Shown: piece by piece, positions 19,278 through 29,329 of the stretch
Layout of the letters: the number at the start of each line of letters is the position of its first letter
How positions within the stretch are numbered: position 1 is the stretch's first letter
Source of the DNA: Candidatus Moraniibacteriota bacterium
GTDB lineage: Bacteria; Patescibacteriota; Minisyncoccia; Moranbacterales; UBA1568
Direction of reading: 5' to 3'
DNA length: 64,000 nucleotides
Assembly: GCA_016699875.1 (NCBI GenBank)
Contig: CP064989.1
Coordinates: 252,326 to 316,325, forward strand
Program-made: the position numbers and the translations under genes
Notes under the pieces: model-generated
What the model saw: the letters and a program-made list of their open reading frames with translations, nothing else
The model's database searches: none
What the model was told of the DNA's origin: nothing

Positions 19278-20213
19278 TCAAACGCTCCGCCCAGCAGGCA
19301 CCCGAAGCAACTGATGCTCCCGTCCTTTTGGAAAAAGAGGTGCAACTTTCCACGACAGAAGCGCGATACCAAGTGCCAAGGAGAGCCACCCCGCAAGCGA
19401 ACTCGCCGAAATCGTTCCGGTAACGAAAATCGAGGAAAGCGCTCCCGTAATAAATGCGGCCGGCACCAAAAGACTCGCCACAAACCCTGCCGGCGCAAGC
19501 GAAAGTGCGCGATACCAGCAACTCACATATCCCACAAGAAGAAGACTCGTCAGAAATGTCCATCCCCAAGCAGACCAAGAAAGAGAAAACGCTATCCCGA
19601 CTTTTCCGGAAAGAACAAGCCAGCAGAAAATAACTACCGAACCGAGAATCATCCGAGCGCTCATGGCGGAGAGACTCGAGATATGATGGAGAACTTTCTT
19701 GGCGAGAATATTCTCAACCGCCCACAAGATCGTTGCCAGCAAAACCAAGACTTCCCCAAGACCAAACGAATGCCACACCGGAACCTGGAACAATAGGACA
19801 CCGAAGAGCAACAACCCCAAAGCGAAAGCATGCAACCAATCAACCCGCTCGCCCAAAAACGGAACCGCAAGCATTGCCACCCAAAGAAAAAGCGTCTTGT
19901 GGATAAACACCGCCGTCGCCGCCGGAATCATAGACAGCCCGCTAAAGTAGAGGAGAAACGGGATTCCGCCCCCAACAATGCCAATCAAGAAGAGCAATCG
20001 CTTGTCCCGAGAAGATGCCTCTCTGATTTCATTCGACTTCCGAAACCAAAGAAATACACCAAAAAATATCAGAGACACAATCGCATTCTTCAAAAACGTA
20101 AACACAACCGGATCGCCAACTTCCGAAACTGCCGCCTTCGTCAGAAAACCGTTCACCCCCGAAAAAAGAGCCGCTCCAAGCGAAAGAAAAACCGCCCGAA
20201 AGAAAATGCTCAT
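19278..20213 (-). CDS. EamA/DMT-family transporter
   Basis: About 10 TM helices with two EamA-like repeats. Start set at the internal Met (MSIFFRAVF). Confidence 0.6.
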   Translation of the reverse strand: MSIFFRAVFLSLGAALFSGVNGFLTKAAVSEVGDPVVFTFLKNAIVSLIFFGVFLWFRKSNEIREASSRDKRLLFLIGIVGGGIPFLLYFSGLSMIPAATAVFIHKTLFLWVAMLAVPFLGERVDWLHAFALGLLLFGVLLFQVPVWHSFGLGEVLVLLATILWAVENILAKKVLHHISSLSAMSARMILGSVVIFCWLVLSGKVGIAFSLSWSAWGWTFLTSLLLVGYVSCWYRALSLAPAGFVASLLVPAAFITGALSSIFVTGTISASSLAGWLSLALGIALLSWKVAPLFPKGREHQLLRVPAGRSV

Positions 20214-20349
20214 ACGCGTATGACGACATGAATTGTATGGACGTACGCAAAAACACTCTAAGTATACCACGACCACACGCAACAAAAGACAGCCCTGAAA
20301 AATCCCGGGGCTGTCTTCCTGATATCTTTTCTTCAAAGAAGAGTGGAGA

Positions 20350-20775
20350 CTACTTCAAAGTCACGGTAGCACCAGCTTCTTCGAGCTTCTTCTTCATGGT
20401 TTCAGCGTCCGCTTTCGCCACCTTTTCCTTCACTACTTTCGGCGCGCCATCCACCAAGTCCTTCGACTCTTTGAGTCCGAGTCCGGTAATTTCGCGAACC
20501 GCCTTGATCACATTGATCTTCTGACCACCGGCAGCAGTCAATTCGACATCGAAGTCAGTCTTCTCGGCCGGAGCATCCGCACCACCCGCTGCACCCGCCG
20601 GCATCGCACCACCCATCATCACCGGAGCCGCCGCAGACACGCCAAATTTCTCCTCAAGCACCTTCACCAGTTCGGAAAGATCCAAGACGCTCATCTTTTC
20701 GATTTCCTCGACGAGCTTCGCAAACTTCTCCGGAACCGCCACTACTTTCTTCTCTTCGACTTTTTCTTCAGTCAT
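20350..20775 (-). CDS. rplL: 50S ribosomal protein L7/L12
   Basis: [23 protein letters not shown], an Ala/Gly hinge, and [24 protein letters not shown]. Confidence 0.95.
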   Translation of the reverse strand: MTEEKVEEKKVVAVPEKFAKLVEEIEKMSVLDLSELVKVLEEKFGVSAAAPVMMGGAMPAGAAGGADAPAEKTDFDVELTAAGGQKINVIKAVREITGLGLKESKDLVDGAPKVVKEKVAKADAETMKKKLEEAGATVTLK

Positions 20776-20808
20776 ACGAAAAATATTATTGAACTTAATA
20801 CGAAAATA

Positions 20809-21324
20809 TCAACCTTTCTGCTCGGCAATTTGCTGCAGCGTACGAACCAACCCCGAGAGATTTCCCGAGAGCGTCCGGGCAAATCCGGAAATCGGAGCCG
20901 CAAGCGTCCCGGCAAGCTTCGCTCGAAGTTCCAAAAGCGACGGGAGCTTCGAAAGCGCCGTCACTTCATCCGCAGACAATTGCTTCTCACCAAGCGATCC
21001 GGCAGCAATCACGAGCGCCTTGTGCTTCTTTGCAAATTCCACCAACACCTTCGGCGCCGTCACTTCATCCGGGGAAAACGCCGCAACAATCTGCCCCTCA
21101 AGCGCACGAGCATCCACCTGGATACCGACCGACTTGAGCGCAATTGAGAGCAACGTTTTCTTTACCACTCGCAACGAACCGCCGCTCTTGCGAAGTTCCC
21201 GCTGAAGCTCCATGGATTCCTTCACGGTAAGCCCGGCATACTTCGCAAACACAACCGACTTCGAAGCGCGTGCACGTTCAGTGACATCGCTTACAATATC
21301 TTCCTTCTGTTTCTTTGTCTGCAT
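20809..21324 (-). CDS. rplJ: 50S ribosomal protein L10
   Basis: Typical L10 sequence, located directly upstream of rplL. Confidence 0.9.
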   Translation of the reverse strand: MQTKKQKEDIVSDVTERARASKSVVFAKYAGLTVKESMELQRELRKSGGSLRVVKKTLLSIALKSVGIQVDARALEGQIVAAFSPDEVTAPKVLVEFAKKHKALVIAAGSLGEKQLSADEVTALSKLPSLLELRAKLAGTLAAPISGFARTLSGNLSGLVRTLQQIAEQKG

Positions 21325-21644
21325 AAATTCTTTTCAAAATAGATGCTACCGGGGAAGTTCGACCGGACATCCCCTTTCTTTTCAATCCTTCCTCTTCGTG
21401 GAAGAAGCTATTCCGTATAGTTCTTTCTTACACCGTGCGGAGTCCGATAAGAAACAGATTCTTCCAAAAAGAGAGCTGGTATTTCCCGAAAACAAAAAAT
21501 CCGCGTTTTCCGCGGACAAGACAGGAGACTACAAGAAATCCCCCCCCCAAGGAATCTCTCTGCATCTCTTTCCTCGTGAGGACTTCTCTTCATAACTGAA
21601 GCGCCTCATGTCTGCGGAAATATTTCCAAATATAGAGCAAGGTG
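21325..21644 (-). promoter_or_regulatory. Long 5' leader of rplJ-rplL (candidate L10 autoregulatory leader)
   Basis: A 320-nt non-coding spacer between rpsP and rplJ. L10 operons commonly carry a structured leader. No motif was confirmed. Confidence 0.3.
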
Positions 21645-21998
21645 CTATGCATTCACTTCTGTTTCCGATTTTTCGACAGGAGCTTCTTCTGCCACTTTCG
21701 CCCCTTCCGTTGCCGGAGCCTCTTTCACGGTCGGCTTCGGCATTTTCACCGAACGCTTCTTTTCCGTGAGAACTCCTTCTCGGACCAAGAGATTGTGCGC
21801 GGTATCCGAAGGCTGCGCGCCCTGCCCAATCCAATACTGTATCCGCTCGCGCTTCAACACCGACTGCTTGGAATACGGGTCATAGCTCCCCAAAACCTCG
21901 ACATGCCGCCCGCCCGGCGCCACCGTATGCTCCTGCAGCACCACCCGATAACTCGGCCGATGCTTCCGTCCTGATCTATTGAATCGAATCGTCAACAT
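21645..21998 (-). CDS. rpsP: 30S ribosomal protein S16
   Basis: MLTIRFNRSGRKHRPSYRVV...GSYDP. Confidence 0.9.
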   Translation of the reverse strand: MLTIRFNRSGRKHRPSYRVVLQEHTVAPGGRHVEVLGSYDPYSKQSVLKRERIQYWIGQGAQPSDTAHNLLVREGVLTEKKRSVKMPKPTVKEAPATEGAKVAEEAPVEKSETEVNA

Positions 21999-22114
21999 AA
22001 AAAATCGCTCTTCTTAAAGCTCCTCCCACTCTAGCGCGCAGCTCGCATGTTGTCAATACTCGACCACACCAATCTGAAATTCCCAAGAAGCGGTGTCCTT
22101 GGTAGGATGCGGAT

Positions 22115-24139
22115 ATGAAGCATTCAACCGAAAAATCCTCTCGACTTATCCGCGTTGTCCCACTGATTGCCATTGCCCCGGGGAAATCGCCGTTTTTCTC
22201 ATACATATCAACCGAGAACATCCCTCGAGGATCCGTGATTTCGATCTCCTTCGGACCGAAAACGGTCCGCGGCATCGTCTGGGGAGAAGAATCCCAAGAG
22301 GTAACACACCCGCGAAAACCGATCCGATACAAAACAGTCGGAAAACTCCTCGCGCAAGCATTCCTCTCAAAAGCAACACTCCTCTTTGCCGAGCGCGCCG
22401 CACAAGCCGACTCAATCGCCCTCGGCACGCTGCTTCTCAAATTCCTCCCAAAAACATTTGCAAAAGACACAGAGGATAGCACGGCACGCTCCGAAAAGGT
22501 GCGAGTATCACAACAAAAGATTTCCACCCGAAAAACATCACCCCCCTTGACCGGCGGACAACGGAAAGCGGCAGCTGATATTCTCGATTCCCAACATCCA
22601 TACATACTTCTCTTCGGGCCATCAGCATCCGGCAAAACAAGAGTGCACTTTGAGTGTATCAGGGAGCTCATAACAAACAGCGGCCAGACACTCATCATCG
22701 TTCCCGATCGATCCCTCCTCTTACAAGAAGAAAATCGCTACACGCATGCGTTTGATCGGAAATCGGTCGCTGTGTTTCACTCGGGCATGAAACCAAACGA
22801 GCGAGACGAGACCGTACGCCAAGTGCAAAGCGGCGCCGTCCGCATCATCCTCGGCACGCGGTCGGCGATCTTCCTTCCTTTCCGCGCCCTCAAACTCATC
22901 ATCGTGGACGATGCCGGCGCGCCAGCATATCGGAAGCAAGGACTCGCCCTGCCTGACGACACACACCGCTCCGCGCAAACACTCGCATCAGCGCATCACG
23001 CCATCTGTCTCTTCAGTGCATCGGCACCATCGTTCAACCTCTTGTTCACGGCACGCAAATCAGGAGCGCTCGTCACTCTCCCGGCGCTTTCCGATCGTTC
23101 CCTCTCACTCCAAACTATCAACCTTCGACTCGAACGATGGAAGAAAAAGCTCTCTCCCATTTCGGAAGAACTCGGCAATGCCATCGCCGCAACCGTTGCC
23201 CGCAAAGAACAAGCTTTACTCTTCGTCTCGCGCGAAGGCATGAATTCTTTTTCTGTCTGCGCAGAATGCAAAGCCGTATTCCGCTGCACAACATGCGGAA
23301 AGCCTTTCTCCTACAGAGCGGAAGGCGACTATGTCTGCGCGCGCTGCAAGCAGAACGCCGGAACAACGCCCGCTTGTCCCATGTGCGGATCTCTCGCGTT
23401 TCAGCATCTTGGCGCCGGCACCGAGCGTGTCGAGCGGGATCTTGCACGGCGTTTCCCGTATATCAGCACGGTCCGATACGATCGGAAGAACGCCACAAAA
23501 AAAACGACCCTGTCTCATCTTCAGGAATTTCTCGCCGGAACGCGAGACGTACTCATCACGACCGAGCGAGGCATACGCGGCTGGGACTTGCCCCGTCTCT
23601 CGCTCATTGGTATCATAGACGCGGATGCATTGCTCGGCTCTCCGAGCTGGGATGCGGACGAGAGAGCCTTTCAAAACATGCTTTCCGCAATCGGACGAAC
23701 CGCAAGAAGCGATGGAAAGAAGTCCGCACCCGGATCAGTTTTCATTCAGACGTTTCATCCGGAGAATCCAATCTTCTCATTGCTCGCCGCCGAAAATCTC
23801 GAAGGATTTTTTCAAACAATCGAGGATGAACGCCGACTCCTGCTCTACCCCCCTTTCGGTATCATAACCAAGCTCACGTGCCGACTGGCAAGCAAAATCA
23901 AGCTCTCGCAAGAAACAGATCGAGTATACGAAGCACTCCAGCGGCACGCAGAAAAATCCGGTCGAACACTGCGCATTTCTCCGCGATCGCCGATTCGCCA
24001 AGTGATACCAACATTAAAGAGTCACCTCTTTCAGCGGCATATTCTTGTCCGGCAATCGCTCTCATCCACAAAAAATTCCGCCAGCCTCGAAGATTTCATA
24101 GCCTCACTTCCCCGCGAATGGACACGGACAAACGAGTAG
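22115..24139 (+). CDS. priA: Primosomal protein N' (PriA replication-restart helicase)
   Basis: N-terminal 3'-DNA-binding domain, a helicase core (GPSASGKT) and the Cys-rich zinc module (CAECKAVFRCTTCGKPFSY...CARC...CPMCGS). Confidence 0.85.
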   Translation: MKHSTEKSSRLIRVVPLIAIAPGKSPFFSYISTENIPRGSVISISFGPKTVRGIVWGEESQEVTHPRKPIRYKTVGKLLAQAFLSKATLLFAERAAQADSIALGTLLLKFLPKTFAKDTEDSTARSEKVRVSQQKISTRKTSPPLTGGQRKAAADILDSQHPYILLFGPSASGKTRVHFECIRELITNSGQTLIIVPDRSLLLQEENRYTHAFDRKSVAVFHSGMKPNERDETVRQVQSGAVRIILGTRSAIFLPFRALKLIIVDDAGAPAYRKQGLALPDDTHRSAQTLASAHHAICLFSASAPSFNLLFTARKSGALVTLPALSDRSLSLQTINLRLERWKKKLSPISEELGNAIAATVARKEQALLFVSREGMNSFSVCAECKAVFRCTTCGKPFSYRAEGDYVCARCKQNAGTTPACPMCGSLAFQHLGAGTERVERDLARRFPYISTVRYDRKNATKKTTLSHLQEFLAGTRDVLITTERGIRGWDLPRLSLIGIIDADALLGSPSWDADERAFQNMLSAIGRTARSDGKKSAPGSVFIQTFHPENPIFSLLAAENLEGFFQTIEDERRLLLYPPFGIITKLTCRLASKIKLSQETDRVYEALQRHAEKSGRTLRISPRSPIRQVIPTLKSHLFQRHILVRQSLSSTKNSASLEDFIASLPREWTRTNE

Positions 24140-24170
24140 AATCCATCTCAGAGCCCATTCAAAAAGTCAG

Positions 24171-24247
24171 CTTTTCTGGGAAAAATTCTTTTTTGCGGCT
24201 TTCGTACGAAGTGTAAGACAAGCAAAAAAGAGTTTTTCCCAGAAAAG
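24171..24247. repeat. Long near-perfect inverted repeat (26-nt arms) enclosing a short palindrome; candidate terminator or structured element between priA and def
   Basis: cttttctgggaaaaattcttttttgc ... gcaaaaaagagtttttcccagaaaag, with ctttcgtacgaag in the loop. Confidence 0.5.
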
Positions 24248-24311
24248 CCCTCCCAATTCTCTTTGTCTTGAAACTTTTTTTTGACACACTCTCAAATATT
24301 TCCTACACATT

Positions 24312-24791
24312 ATGACGACCATCCTCCCGATTGTCACCGGCAGAGACACCGAAATCCTTCATCGAAAAGCCGACCGGATAAAAGACCCTCTCTCGCCCGA
24401 CATCCAAAAGCTCATCCCCGTCATGTTTGATTCCCTTCGCGTCGCCGAGGGAATCGGTCTCGCTGCCCCGCAAATCGGACACTCGATCCGATTGGCAGTC
24501 ATCGATGTGGAAGGAGATCGTACCGTACTCATTAACCCGAAAATCACTTCCTATTCCCAGGAGAAGATTCTCTTCGAAGAAGGGTGTCTCAGCCTTCCCA
24601 AAGAATACTTCCTCATCGAACGTTCCGAACGCGTCACGGTGCGCTACGAAGACGAACATGGCAAAGAGATAAAAAAGCGAGCATCCGGGCTCTTCGCTAT
24701 CGTCGTCCAGCACGAGATCGATCATCTCGACGGCATCCTTATCGCCGATCGCTTCAAAAGCCAGAAAAAACGAAAGCAGTACGCACTCTGA
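24312..24791 (+). CDS. def: Peptide deformylase
   Basis: GIGLAAPQIG, EGCLS and HEIDHLDG. Confidence 0.9.
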   Translation: MTTILPIVTGRDTEILHRKADRIKDPLSPDIQKLIPVMFDSLRVAEGIGLAAPQIGHSIRLAVIDVEGDRTVLINPKITSYSQEKILFEEGCLSLPKEYFLIERSERVTVRYEDEHGKEIKKRASGLFAIVVQHEIDHLDGILIADRFKSQKKRKQYAL

Positions 24792-24964
24792 AACCCGCTG
24801 TCCCAAGTAAAGCCAAAGAATCTCAATCCTGAACAAAATACCTCTATCAACTAAATCAAAGCAGCTGCTCGCATCAACCTCGATCAACACAGCAAATAGA
24901 ACGTCTCGCTCAGCGCAAGAATATATTGAAAACCCAAAGAATAGATAACCAATAGAAAAAACCT

Positions 24965-25924
24965 ATGCCGGAAACATCGGACGCGCGCGTAGTATTCATG
25001 GGAACGCCGAGTTTCGCAGAATCAATCCTCGCTTCTCTCGTCGACAATCACTACAATATAGTCGCCGTCTATACGCAGCCCGACCGTCCGTCCGGACGCA
25101 ATCAAGAGGTTGTGCAGAGCCCCGTCAAGATATTTGCCGAAGCTCACACCGTACCCGTTGTACAGCCCGATCGATTCGACCGCGAAACCATCGAGCAATT
25201 GCGCGAATTCAAACCGGACATCATCATCGTCGCCGCATACGGAAAAATTCTGCCTCAGGACGTACTGAATATACCGCCATTCGAATGCATCAATGTTCAT
25301 GCATCACTCCTCCCTCGCTGGCGAGGCGCTTCCCCGATACAAAACGCTCTCCTTGCTGGCGATACCGAGACCGGTGTCACCATCATGAAAATGGATGCCG
25401 GCATGGACACCGGCCCAATTTTCCAGCAGAAATCACTCCCAATCAGCTCATCCGACACCGCCGAAACACTTCTTCCGAAACTCGCCGAAGCCGGCGCATC
25501 AATCCTGCTTTCGACTCTCGAACAATGGCTCGACAAAAAAATAGACCCGAAACCACAACCATCGGAAGGTGTCACGCTTTGCCAGCTCATCGAGCGTGAG
25601 GATGGAAAAATATTCTGGAGCGACGAAGCGGAATCGATATACAATCGCTATCGTGCACTCTCTCCATGGCCCGGCATTTTCTCGTTTTGGCGAAAAGACG
25701 GATCGCTCCTCCGAATAAAGTTTCATCGAATCTCTTTGCAAAAACAAAGCCCGGAAACACCTCACGAACTCGGACAGGTGTTTGAAATCGGCGAAACCAT
25801 CGGCATCGAAACCGCTCGCGGCACTATCCTCCTCGACGAAGTCCAGCTCGAAGGAAAATCTTCCGTTCCCATCAAGGATTTTGTCCGCGGATATCCCGAT
25901 TTCATCGGCGCGATACTCGAATAA
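24965..25924 (+). CDS. fmt: Methionyl-tRNA formyltransferase
   Basis: VVFMGTP, ECINVHASLLPRWRGASPIQ, and position directly after def. Confidence 0.9.
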   Translation: MPETSDARVVFMGTPSFAESILASLVDNHYNIVAVYTQPDRPSGRNQEVVQSPVKIFAEAHTVPVVQPDRFDRETIEQLREFKPDIIIVAAYGKILPQDVLNIPPFECINVHASLLPRWRGASPIQNALLAGDTETGVTIMKMDAGMDTGPIFQQKSLPISSSDTAETLLPKLAEAGASILLSTLEQWLDKKIDPKPQPSEGVTLCQLIEREDGKIFWSDEAESIYNRYRALSPWPGIFSFWRKDGSLLRIKFHRISLQKQSPETPHELGQVFEIGETIGIETARGTILLDEVQLEGKSSVPIKDFVRGYPDFIGAILE

Positions 25925-25931
25925 TACCGCT

Positions 25932-26768
25932 ATGTCTCAAGGAAAAGGATCGAGGGACACCCTGGTAATTTTTCTGGGACTTGCCTTGGTCGCCATCATT
26001 GGATCATGGTCGTTCATTCGCTTCGCAAGAGATCAGTCCTCGAGTCAGAACCAGCCTGACAGCTCCGCCCGACAGAAAACGGCAACCGACCTCCGCACCA
26101 TCTCACTGCAGACACTCCAAGACATTGTTCTGGAAAAGCAATCCGACAAAGACGTACGCATTGTCGATATGCGCCCGACATCACTCTGGGCGGACGAGCA
26201 TATCATCGGCTCCGAGAACCTGATGTTGGAAGATGCGGAACAAAATTTCCACCCGACCGACGCCGAGAAATCACAGAATTGGATCATCGTCGCCCCAAGC
26301 ACCTCCGCCGCCGGACAGCTTGTCGCACTCTTCCGCGCGCGCGGCATCCCCGACGATCGCATCTCGGTATTCGACGGCACCTACGAATCATGGAAAGAGA
26401 AAACCGGTCTTGTCGTGCACCGTGCCGATCCAACATCCGCGCTCGATGTCACCAAAATCACCCTCGTTTCGCCGGAAGAAGCCAAGGAACGGATCGGGCG
26501 CGGCGGACAATGGTTCATCCTCGACACGCGGTCTCCCGATCTTTTCGCCGGCGGACATATTGCCGGCGCCACCAATATTCCGTTCGCCGAAATCGAAACA
26601 CGCCGCCGCATCATTCCCTCGACCGCCAGTATCCTTGTTTACGGCGCCAATGATCGCGAAAGTTTTGCCGGCGGCGTTCTCCTCTTCGATCTCGGCTTCT
26701 TCAACACCATCACCCTCTCCTCCGGTTTCGACGAATGGAAAACAAAGAATCTCCCGGTAGGGAAATGA
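25932..26768 (+). CDS. Membrane-anchored tandem rhodanese-homology-domain protein, probably non-catalytic
   Basis: Two rhodanese-like modules follow an N-terminal TM helix. Both active-site loops lack the Cys (IIVAPSTSAAG and ILVYGANDRESFAG). Start set at the ATG 8 nt after the fmt stop. Confidence 0.6.
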   Translation: MSQGKGSRDTLVIFLGLALVAIIGSWSFIRFARDQSSSQNQPDSSARQKTATDLRTISLQTLQDIVLEKQSDKDVRIVDMRPTSLWADEHIIGSENLMLEDAEQNFHPTDAEKSQNWIIVAPSTSAAGQLVALFRARGIPDDRISVFDGTYESWKEKTGLVVHRADPTSALDVTKITLVSPEEAKERIGRGGQWFILDTRSPDLFAGGHIAGATNIPFAEIETRRRIIPSTASILVYGANDRESFAGGVLLFDLGFFNTITLSSGFDEWKTKNLPVGK

Positions 26769-26776
26769 GCTAAACA

Positions 26777-26812
26777 GAAACGACCCACTCGTAAGAGAGG
26801 GGTCGTTTCTAT
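26777..26812. terminator. Bidirectional intrinsic terminator between the convergent rhodanese and groES genes
   Basis: 10-bp stem gaaacgaccc / gggtcgtttc with T-runs on both sides. Confidence 0.55.
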
Positions 26813-26849
26813 ATTCAACAATAAAGCAGGGGATGCGGATATCAGAAAC

Positions 26850-27131
26850 CTACTCCGTCACCACGGCGAGGATGTCTTCGTGTTTGACAATAGCGTATTC
26901 GGCGCCGGCTATCTTAATGTCCGTTCCGCCATAGCGGGTATAAATAACATGCTGACCCGGCTTCACCTTGATCTTGTCGCTCTCGCCAATGGCCACTACC
27001 TTTCCCTCCTTCGAGGATTTGTCAGAAGAGGCATTCTCCGGCAGATACAGTCCCGAATCGGTTTTGACTTCCGGCTTCTCAAATGCAACAAGAACATTCT
27101 CGCCAAGCGGCATCACGTTCACTTTTTTCAT
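26850..27131 (-). CDS. groS: Co-chaperonin GroES (Hsp10)
   Basis: VMPLGENVLVAFEKPEVKTDSGLYLPENA...GKVVAIGE...VKPGQHVIY is the GroES fold sequence. No groEL follows it in this window. Confidence 0.85.
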   Translation of the reverse strand: MKKVNVMPLGENVLVAFEKPEVKTDSGLYLPENASSDKSSKEGKVVAIGESDKIKVKPGQHVIYTRYGGTDIKIAGAEYAIVKHEDILAVVTE

Positions 27132-27181
27132 ACGCGTATTCGGATTAACAGATTATTACCTCTCCTATTTTAAGAAGACGA

Positions 27182-27208
27182 TTGGCACTTGTCAAGGAAG
27201 AGTGCTAA
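27182..27208. promoter_or_regulatory. Degenerate CIRCE-like operator upstream of groES
   Basis: TTGGCACTT-gtcaaggaa-GAGTGCTAA has 2 mismatches to the consensus left arm and the same 9-nt spacing. Its spacer starts gtcaag, like the hrcA CIRCE. Confidence 0.55.
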
Positions 27209-27218
27209 AAGACATCTC

Positions 27219-28394
27219 CTACAAATCCACTGTCACATCCTGCTCATTCTCACCACGAAGAATGCGGAGCGTGGCAACATCCCCCTGACTCAAATTTCCG
27301 ATCGCGACCGAGAGCGGATTGTCGAGATTGATCTCCTGTCCATTGACCGCGATAACGATATCACCGACACGCAACCCCGCCTTCTCAGCTGGCGAGCCAG
27401 AGAGAATGGCAAGTCCCTGTCGCCCGGAAGGTGTCGTGATAAGTGCGCCGCGATCCCGGCTCAGGGAATTTGCAATCGCATACGCTTTCGTAATAGAGAC
27501 GTACGACACACCGAGGTCGGGTCGTTTGGAAAGCGTCCCGCGAACCTGTCGCTCCAGTGATAATTTTACAGCGCTTGCCGGAAGCAAAAATGTTTCGAAG
27601 TCGCCGTTGTTCGGTGCATTACCGACAATGCCCACAAGGTCGCCCTGATAGTCAATCGCCGGACCGCCGAGATACGGAGCAAGCGTTGCCGCATCGACAG
27701 TATACACGCCCTCCCATCGCTCCGATGAAGCCACGGCGCCGCCCGCAATATTGAACGTCTTATCCGTATTTCCTAAGAGTCCGGTCGAGTAACGGTTCCG
27801 ATATTCCTCCGACGTATTGGCAATCAAAATGAGCTTCTTCCCCGCGCGAATACTGTCCGATTCGGCAAATGATATGGACGGCAGATTGGACGCCGCAATC
27901 GACAAATACGAAATCCCCGTCAGAGAGTCCGTCGCCACCAAGGTCGCCGGATAGCTTGTACCATTGTAGAGAAACACCGTATACGAGGCATTCTCGAGAA
28001 GCGCCGTATGGAACGTTGCAATGAGACCATCATTGGTCACTAAGACGCCACTCCCTTGAAGCGTGCCGATATTTTTCGACGTCTCCTCTCCCACCTTGGC
28101 AATTTCCGTGTCGCCCCCTCTTCGCACCGAAAGGATATTCACTACTGAAGGAGAGGCTGACAGCGCGATCGTTTCCACGGAGTCGTCCTCTCGGATCATA
28201 ACCTGCTCCGTCTTGTTGATGATAACCGTATTCTCCGCCGCTTTCCGAAATATTCCCCATCGCGACAAGAAGCTATCCGCCGCTATTTTCGGAAGAAGCA
28301 CTCGGTCGGCAATGATGCCGGCGAAGCCCCCCACAACAGCGATACCCGCGATCGCCAATCCATACCACGCACATTTTCTGGCAAAAACACGCAT
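27219..28394 (-). CDS. HtrA/DegP-family serine protease with a C-terminal PDZ domain
   Basis: N-terminal TM anchor, a trypsin-like core (GSGVLVTNDGLIATFHTA) and a PDZ domain (GSPAEKAGLRVGDIVIAVNGQEI). Start set at the internal Met (MRVFARK). Confidence 0.75.
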   Translation of the reverse strand: MRVFARKCAWYGLAIAGIAVVGGFAGIIADRVLLPKIAADSFLSRWGIFRKAAENTVIINKTEQVMIREDDSVETIALSASPSVVNILSVRRGGDTEIAKVGEETSKNIGTLQGSGVLVTNDGLIATFHTALLENASYTVFLYNGTSYPATLVATDSLTGISYLSIAASNLPSISFAESDSIRAGKKLILIANTSEEYRNRYSTGLLGNTDKTFNIAGGAVASSERWEGVYTVDAATLAPYLGGPAIDYQGDLVGIVGNAPNNGDFETFLLPASAVKLSLERQVRGTLSKRPDLGVSYVSITKAYAIANSLSRDRGALITTPSGRQGLAILSGSPAEKAGLRVGDIVIAVNGQEINLDNPLSVAIGNLSQGDVATLRILRGENEQDVTVDL

Positions 28395-28435
28395 AACATT
28401 TCCATAGTCAAAAATATTCGCCAAATCCGTTCCAA

Positions 28436-29248
28436 TTATACCACCTGCAGCCACTGGGCACTCGAGAGCACTACCGCCGCAAGAAGAAGCACAAAAATCA
28501 CTTGAATCGCCAGTCGCTTCTTTGAAATTCCGCCCGTCGTTTCTGCCTGGACACCCTCCCAGAGAGGAGAAGTAAAGATAAGCATAAGCACGCCGGTTGT
28601 CAAGTAGCCAAACGGCCAAAATGTCCCGATCCACGCCATTTGCGCAGCAAAGAGACCAAGAATAAGCGCGCAAAGCATTGCCTTCCCTCGATTCTCACGG
28701 AACGAGCGCAAAAAGATAGAGAGCCCCACTAAAAATGCCGAAAGTCCACATGAAAGCATGAGCATATACTCCGTAAACCGTTGAAAGTTCAAGAAGAGTC
28801 CCGAAAAAACACTGAAGAGGAAAAAAAGCGTCGTCATCGCGACAAGAGAAAGCATGCTCTGCGCCGTGAGATCGCCATCATACTGCCGCAGCCGATAAAT
28901 ACCGAGCGCCGCCATATAGAAAACAAGCGAACTTAGAAAGATAAAAATATGTTTTTCACGTGCGGAACTCACAAAGAACAAGAGAAACACCGTCGAAAAC
29001 GAGAAGAGCGTCGGCACAATCGCCGAGCTCGCCGTTCCTCCGAGCCGCCACGAAAAACGAAACACTCCCCCAAGAAAGAGGAGTGAGAGTATCAAAAACC
29101 ATTCTGGAAACATCACTACCAATTCCAATGATCCGAAAAAGAAAATCGCAAACAGCAACAAAGACGCATGAAACAACATAAATCCCCCGAAAAAATTCTC
29201 CGCCTGACTTCTCCATCCTACTCTTTCCTTGCATCCAAATGCAAGCAT
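28436..29248 (-). CDS. Hypothetical polytopic membrane protein
   Basis: At least 8 predicted TM helices and no recognisable motif. The start may be an internal Met. Confidence 0.4.
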   Translation of the reverse strand: MLAFGCKERVGWRSQAENFFGGFMLFHASLLLFAIFFFGSLELVVMFPEWFLILSLLFLGGVFRFSWRLGGTASSAIVPTLFSFSTVFLLFFVSSAREKHIFIFLSSLVFYMAALGIYRLRQYDGDLTAQSMLSLVAMTTLFFLFSVFSGLFLNFQRFTEYMLMLSCGLSAFLVGLSIFLRSFRENRGKAMLCALILGLFAAQMAWIGTFWPFGYLTTGVLMLIFTSPLWEGVQAETTGGISKKRLAIQVIFVLLLAAVVLSSAQWLQVV

Positions 29249-29329
29249 ATCACGAAAAAAAAGACTTCCCCGCGAATAAAAAACTGCCCCGAAACCACAA
29301 GGGGCAGTTCATGCGGACATTGCCGCAAA

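Noticed and set aside
21976-22698. 240-aa ORF antisense to the priA 5' region
   Set aside because: It is fully embedded in and opposite to a well-supported priA CDS. It has no motif and is rich in Arg/Ser/Cys from reverse-strand GC composition.
24272-24311. TTGACA-17-TACACA promoter-like hexamers just upstream of def
   Set aside because: The putative -10 ends 2 nt before the def ATG, so the geometry does not fit unless def is leaderless. Not supportable from sequence alone.
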